Below are positions 57,850 to 61,386 of a stretch of 61,386 nt of DNA, in pieces. The stretch is taken from the IMG/VR virus record IMGVR_UViG_3300017724_000002, positions 1-61,386 of that record, one strand, 5' to 3'. The notes beneath the pieces are model-generated. The model ran no database searches, was not told the DNA's origin, and was given only the letters and a program-made list of their open reading frames with translations. The position numbers and the translations under genes are program-made. This DNA comes from a virus. Lineage: Duplodnaviria > Caudoviricetes. The first letter of the stretch is position 1. The number at the start of each line of letters is the position of its first letter.

Positions 57850-58080
57850 TAATTAATTCTTTTTACCACATAGAAAGAAATAGGAAAAAATAAATCGTTG
57901 CACTAAAAGCCTAATGTGTTAATTCTTTTATTTGTTCTTATATGTTTAGAATAAAAGGCGCATTATTCTGTAAGAATAATTTTTACATACCTTAAGAGGA
58001 AATAAAACAATAAAGGGAAATCGTGATACTCAAGCCCATTTATTCTTTCTTAATTTTTTCTTTCGCCTTGAAAGAATAAA
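57850..58080. repeat. AT-rich dyad element B at the strand-divergence point (origin candidate)
   Basis: Reverse complement aligns block-by-block with 40970-41190; lies between the divergent phosphoesterase and portal genes. Confidence 0.85.
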
Positions 58081-58238
58081 CCAACCAACCAAAATCCACC
58101 ATATTACTTCAATAACTATCAAAGCAATGCCACCCTTTGTTATAATCTCCGCAATATCCATAAATCATACAGTCCTTGTCTGACTTTTTATTGTTTTTCG
58201 GGCATACCTTGATAAAGCAAGCATTCATAACACACAAC

Positions 58239-59651
58239 ATGGCTCGGATTCCTTTCTTTGGTGAAATCGGAAAAAAGAAGCAAACCGATGAACCGAAACC
58301 CATTATCTTCACAAATGATGAAATGAGATACAATGTCGGACACCGTTCTCCGTTTCAAATGATTGCAGGTTTAAGCGATATTGTTCAAGAAACAAATAAG
58401 TTAAGAGATGACTCAAATTTTAACAATGATTTTTATTTATTTGACGAAATGCTTAAACTTGACCCCGAATTGAACGGCGCAGTGCGTGCAGTGTCTTTAA
58501 CTGCAAATAACTACAACATAAATTGGCGTTCTGCAAAAAACTCTCGCATACGCAACGCCCTACAAGCCTTGATTAATAATATTGACTTTGATGACATACT
58601 AATCAATTCTATGCGCAACCTTATGGTTTATGGAAATGATGTAAATAAATTGGTTGGAACAAGCCGTGAAGGTATAACTGATGTGCAAAATTTACCCGTT
58701 GCGCAAATAACAATACTAGATGATAGAAATAGGACTGCGACGGCAGATGAAAATACCCCAGTTATTAGTGCGCAGAAATATTTTTTGCGTGAAGGTGAAA
58801 CAACCATGCAAGAATTTCCCGCAGATGAGGTTCTTCATGTACGCATGGATTACAGAAGCAATTGGTTCACAGACAATGAAAACCGAGTTACCTATGGTAT
58901 TTGGGGTGCTTCTCGATTTACTGCTTTAAAACAGGCTATCCGAGCAAAATATAACAGTATGAATAACAGAATTGCACTTGAAGATGCAATGACAAAGCAA
59001 TACATTACAATTGACATGGAAGCAGTTAAACACATACAGAACCCCGATGAGCAAAGAGAGCGTTTGCTTTTCATTATGAATCAAGTTATTAGCACAATGG
59101 AGTCATTAAGAGGCGACCAAGTGCCTATTTTCCCCGACTATGTAAAAATACAACACATAGACCAAAGGACTGCGTTGCCGGACAGTGGCGCATTCCTTGA
59201 CAATGTTAACGCAGATATTGCCGCAGTTTTGCAAGTACCAAGAACCGCCGCAGGTCAAGAGAAGGGTAGCACTTTTGCGGCATCATATACTGCAAACCTT
59301 TGGGCAAGCAATGCTATTCGACGCATACAAAGCATATTGCGACAGTCTGTAATGGAATTATTTTCTGCGCATTTAGATTTGTTAAAGATAAATCATGTAA
59401 AAACAGACTTGCCGGACTTAATCTTTGAACCTGTTGATGAAGAAACACGACTTGACAAAATGCGCAGGGCAACATTAGGTTATTCTAACGGAGTCCTTTC
59501 GCTAAATCAATCACTTGAAATCGTAGCATTGCCTATTGAAGAGGGAGGCGATGTGCGCAAAGATGCACCAGTAAGCACCGAAACACCCGACGAAGAACCC
59601 GTCGAAGAACGAGATGAAGATGACGACATGCCAAGAGAAGGTGAAATGTAG
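58239..59651 (+). CDS. Portal protein
   Basis: ~470 aa; DPELNGAVRAV, MRNLMVYGN, FPADEVLHVR, IWGASRF, IAAVLQVP, LPDLIFEP. ATG 58239 lies ~24 nt after a TATA-like TTGATAAA. Confidence 0.85.
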   Translation: MARIPFFGEIGKKKQTDEPKPIIFTNDEMRYNVGHRSPFQMIAGLSDIVQETNKLRDDSNFNNDFYLFDEMLKLDPELNGAVRAVSLTANNYNINWRSAKNSRIRNALQALINNIDFDDILINSMRNLMVYGNDVNKLVGTSREGITDVQNLPVAQITILDDRNRTATADENTPVISAQKYFLREGETTMQEFPADEVLHVRMDYRSNWFTDNENRVTYGIWGASRFTALKQAIRAKYNSMNNRIALEDAMTKQYITIDMEAVKHIQNPDEQRERLLFIMNQVISTMESLRGDQVPIFPDYVKIQHIDQRTALPDSGAFLDNVNADIAAVLQVPRTAAGQEKGSTFAASYTANLWASNAIRRIQSILRQSVMELFSAHLDLLKINHVKTDLPDLIFEPVDEETRLDKMRRATLGYSNGVLSLNQSLEIVALPIEEGGDVRKDAPVSTETPDEEPVEERDEDDDMPREGEM

Positions 59652-59896
59652 TGTCAGATAATGTTTTGGAGTTTAGAGTCGAAAATCTTGAAGAAGATGT
59701 AAAAGACTTAAAAAGCCTTTCTGCGCAAATAGTAAAGGCGCAAACCAAAACAGATGCAAGACTTGCCGGACTTGAAGGTGAGTTACGAATCCAAAATGAA
59801 GTTTTGCAACAAGGCTTCGATTTATTGAAAAAAGTCATAATGACAGGTATTGGGGTAATTAGTGTTGTAATAACTGGTTCTTCTGTAATGATTTAA
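59651..59896 (+). CDS. Coiled-coil protein with C-terminal TM
   Basis: Heptad pattern, then IMTGIGVISVVITGSSVMI. Confidence 0.6.
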   Translation: MSDNVLEFRVENLEEDVKDLKSLSAQIVKAQTKTDARLAGLEGELRIQNEVLQQGFDLLKKVIMTGIGVISVVITGSSVMI

Positions 59897-59933
59897 CAAT
59901 ATTATTAAAAAACATAACGATACTCGCTTAAAC

Positions 59934-60341
59934 ATGGGTAGCGGTAAAGCAACATCTTTTAATGACCGAATGATTAAGCGGACAGTCATACCCGCAATCT
60001 ATCTTTGGCTTCTTGCTTGTGGCTCAGTAGTGGCTATGGGTATATGGAAACCCGATGTAGTTCTTGATAATCTTGACGGATTTATTGCTCTTATAGCAAT
60101 TATTGGCGGTACTGCCGCACCTGCACTTAATACTGTTTTGCGTATGTGGGAATCGGAACAATCCCAAGAAGTCGAAAACATTCCTACTGAGTTAAAACAC
60201 AAAAGAGAAATGTTGTCAGAAACGGAAAAACATAAGATGGAATTAGAAAAAATTGCTCAAGAACATCAACAAAAGATTCAAACACTTGAACAAGCACATC
60301 AGCATACCATTTGTGATAAGCCTAAAAAGAAAGGGGCATGA
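59934..60341 (+). CDS. Two-TM membrane protein (holin-like topology)
   Basis: Two hydrophobic helices, then a charged coiled-coil tail; own TATA-like box upstream. Confidence 0.55.
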   Translation: MGSGKATSFNDRMIKRTVIPAIYLWLLACGSVVAMGIWKPDVVLDNLDGFIALIAIIGGTAAPALNTVLRMWESEQSQEVENIPTELKHKREMLSETEKHKMELEKIAQEHQQKIQTLEQAHQHTICDKPKKKGA

Positions 60342-60345
60342 TTAA

Positions 60346-61386
60346 ATGCCCGAACTGGAAGCAATTACTAATATGAATCCTATTGCTAAAATGGAAGATT
60401 ATTTGTTTAGAACTCCCGAAGGCGCACGCAAAAAATCAAAAGAAATAGGTTTTGATGGTGAAATCCATGAATCAACACTTGCAGACGGCACTAAGTTGTA
60501 TTCCCCTGCAAAAACAGAAGATGAGTTCATTAAGTGGTATCGAAAGAATGACCCCGATGCAGAAGAAGAGTTAAGCGCATTACAGTATGGAAAACCGGGA
60601 AAGAATGACCCACGAAAGACACCTGCTAAACCAAGTGAGCGCAGAAAAGGCTCAAAGAAAAATAAACCGGGTTCTGCTAAAAAACCAAATAAAGGAATCA
60701 AAGTTAGTAAAGAAACCGAAGCCCGTCTGCGCAAAATGATGACGGAACATAACAAAAAGGTTGCAAAAAAAGGTAAAGGCTCAAAAGCAAGCATGGGTCG
60801 CCTAAAGTCTGTATATCGAAGAGGCGCAGGCGCATTTTCTCGTTCACACGCACCCAATATGTCAAGAGGCGGTTGGGGTATTGCAAGAGTTAAAGCATTC
60901 TTGTATTTGTTGCGTAATGGCAGACCAAGCAACCCAAACTACAAACAAGACAATGATTTACTCCCTCAATCACACCCAAGAGCAAGTATTGATGAAGATT
61001 ATGAAGATTGGGATAATGAAGTGTTTGAAGGCGCAGAATATCAAGGGCGCAAAGTTAAACTTAACAAACCGTTCCGAACACCTAAAGAAAAGAAAAAGTT
61101 TGCAGTGTATGTTCAAAACCCCGCAGGCAAAGTAGTTATTGTTAGATTTGGCGACCCTAACATGGAAATTAAGCGTGACGACCCAAAAAGGCGCAAAGCA
61201 TTCCGTGATAGACATAGTTGTGATGAAAAGAAAGATAAGACTACTCCGGGTTATTGGTCTTGTAAAATGTGGGAAAGAGGAAAGTCTGTCACAGATTATA
61301 CCAGTAGCGAGTTTAATAAAACAGACGATATGATGGAAACAGTCATGGGCGGTTGCGGTTGCGGTTGTAGCGGTGATTCTGTTGAA
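60346..61386 (+). CDS. 5' part of the multidomain prohead protease (missed by ORF track because it runs off the end)
   Basis: Open frame MPELEAITNM...LKSVYRRGAGAFSRSH...WGIARVKAF...KKFAVYV...VRFGDPNMEIKRDDPKRRKAFRDRHSC...TPGYWSCKMWERG joins ORF 4..1494. Confidence 0.85.
   Translation, partial: MPELEAITNMNPIAKMEDYLFRTPEGARKKSKEIGFDGEIHESTLADGTKLYSPAKTEDEFIKWYRKNDPDAEEELSALQYGKPGKNDPRKTPAKPSERRKGSKKNKPGSAKKPNKGIKVSKETEARLRKMMTEHNKKVAKKGKGSKASMGRLKSVYRRGAGAFSRSHAPNMSRGGWGIARVKAFLYLLRNGRPSNPNYKQDNDLLPQSHPRASIDEDYEDWDNEVFEGAEYQGRKVKLNKPFRTPKEKKKFAVYVQNPAGKVVIVRFGDPNMEIKRDDPKRRKAFRDRHSCDEKKDKTTPGYWSCKMWERGKSVTDYTSSEFNKTDDMMETVMGGCGCGCSGDSVE
61264..61386 (+). repeat. Terminal direct repeat, right copy
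   Basis: Identical to 1-123. Confidence 0.95.

Noticed and set aside
60399-60932. 177-aa minus-strand ORF and other antisense or alternate-frame ORFs in the track
   Set aside because: Shadows of well-supported genes on the opposite strand; no start signals or motifs.
1-61386. Integrase, DGR reverse transcriptase, methyltransferase, chaperonin or alternative genetic code
   Set aside because: No such motifs found; long genes read through with standard stops.

Overview
The window looks like a complete, circularly permuted genome of a tailed dsDNA virus (about 61,263 bp unique; bases 1-123 repeat exactly at 61264-61386). It is most likely an archaeal siphovirus of the magrovirus type infecting Marine Group II Poseidoniales. 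That host is inferred from archaeal TATA-box/leaderless promoters and archaeal-type replication genes, not from a database search. There are two opposed gene blocks. The + strand virion block runs from about 58.2 kb through the junction to 22.3 kb: portal, multidomain prohead protease/scaffold, cement, HK97-fold MCP, neck, tail tube, frameshifted chaperones, tape measure and a 2470-aa tail tip. The - strand block runs from 57.8 kb to 22.4 kb: phosphoesterase, TerL, MoxR AAA+/vWA pair, HNH, pyrimidine-dimer glycosylase, MCM, dNMP kinase, RFC, SSB-like protein, RecA-like ATPase, sliding clamp, GNAT, PolB, Cas4-like nuclease, PriS-PriL primase and XPF. The most unusual signals are non-coding: (1) two homologous ~220-bp AT-rich elements with internal dyad symmetry, in opposite orientation at ~41.0 kb and ~57.9 kb; (2) a 1.5-kb gene-free array of ~25 degenerate ~22-bp motifs at 53.3-54.8 kb, whose motif also sits inside those elements; (3) strong genome-wide enrichment of TGCGCA/GCGCA with apparent GATC/AGCT avoidance. 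All counts and alignments were done by eye.
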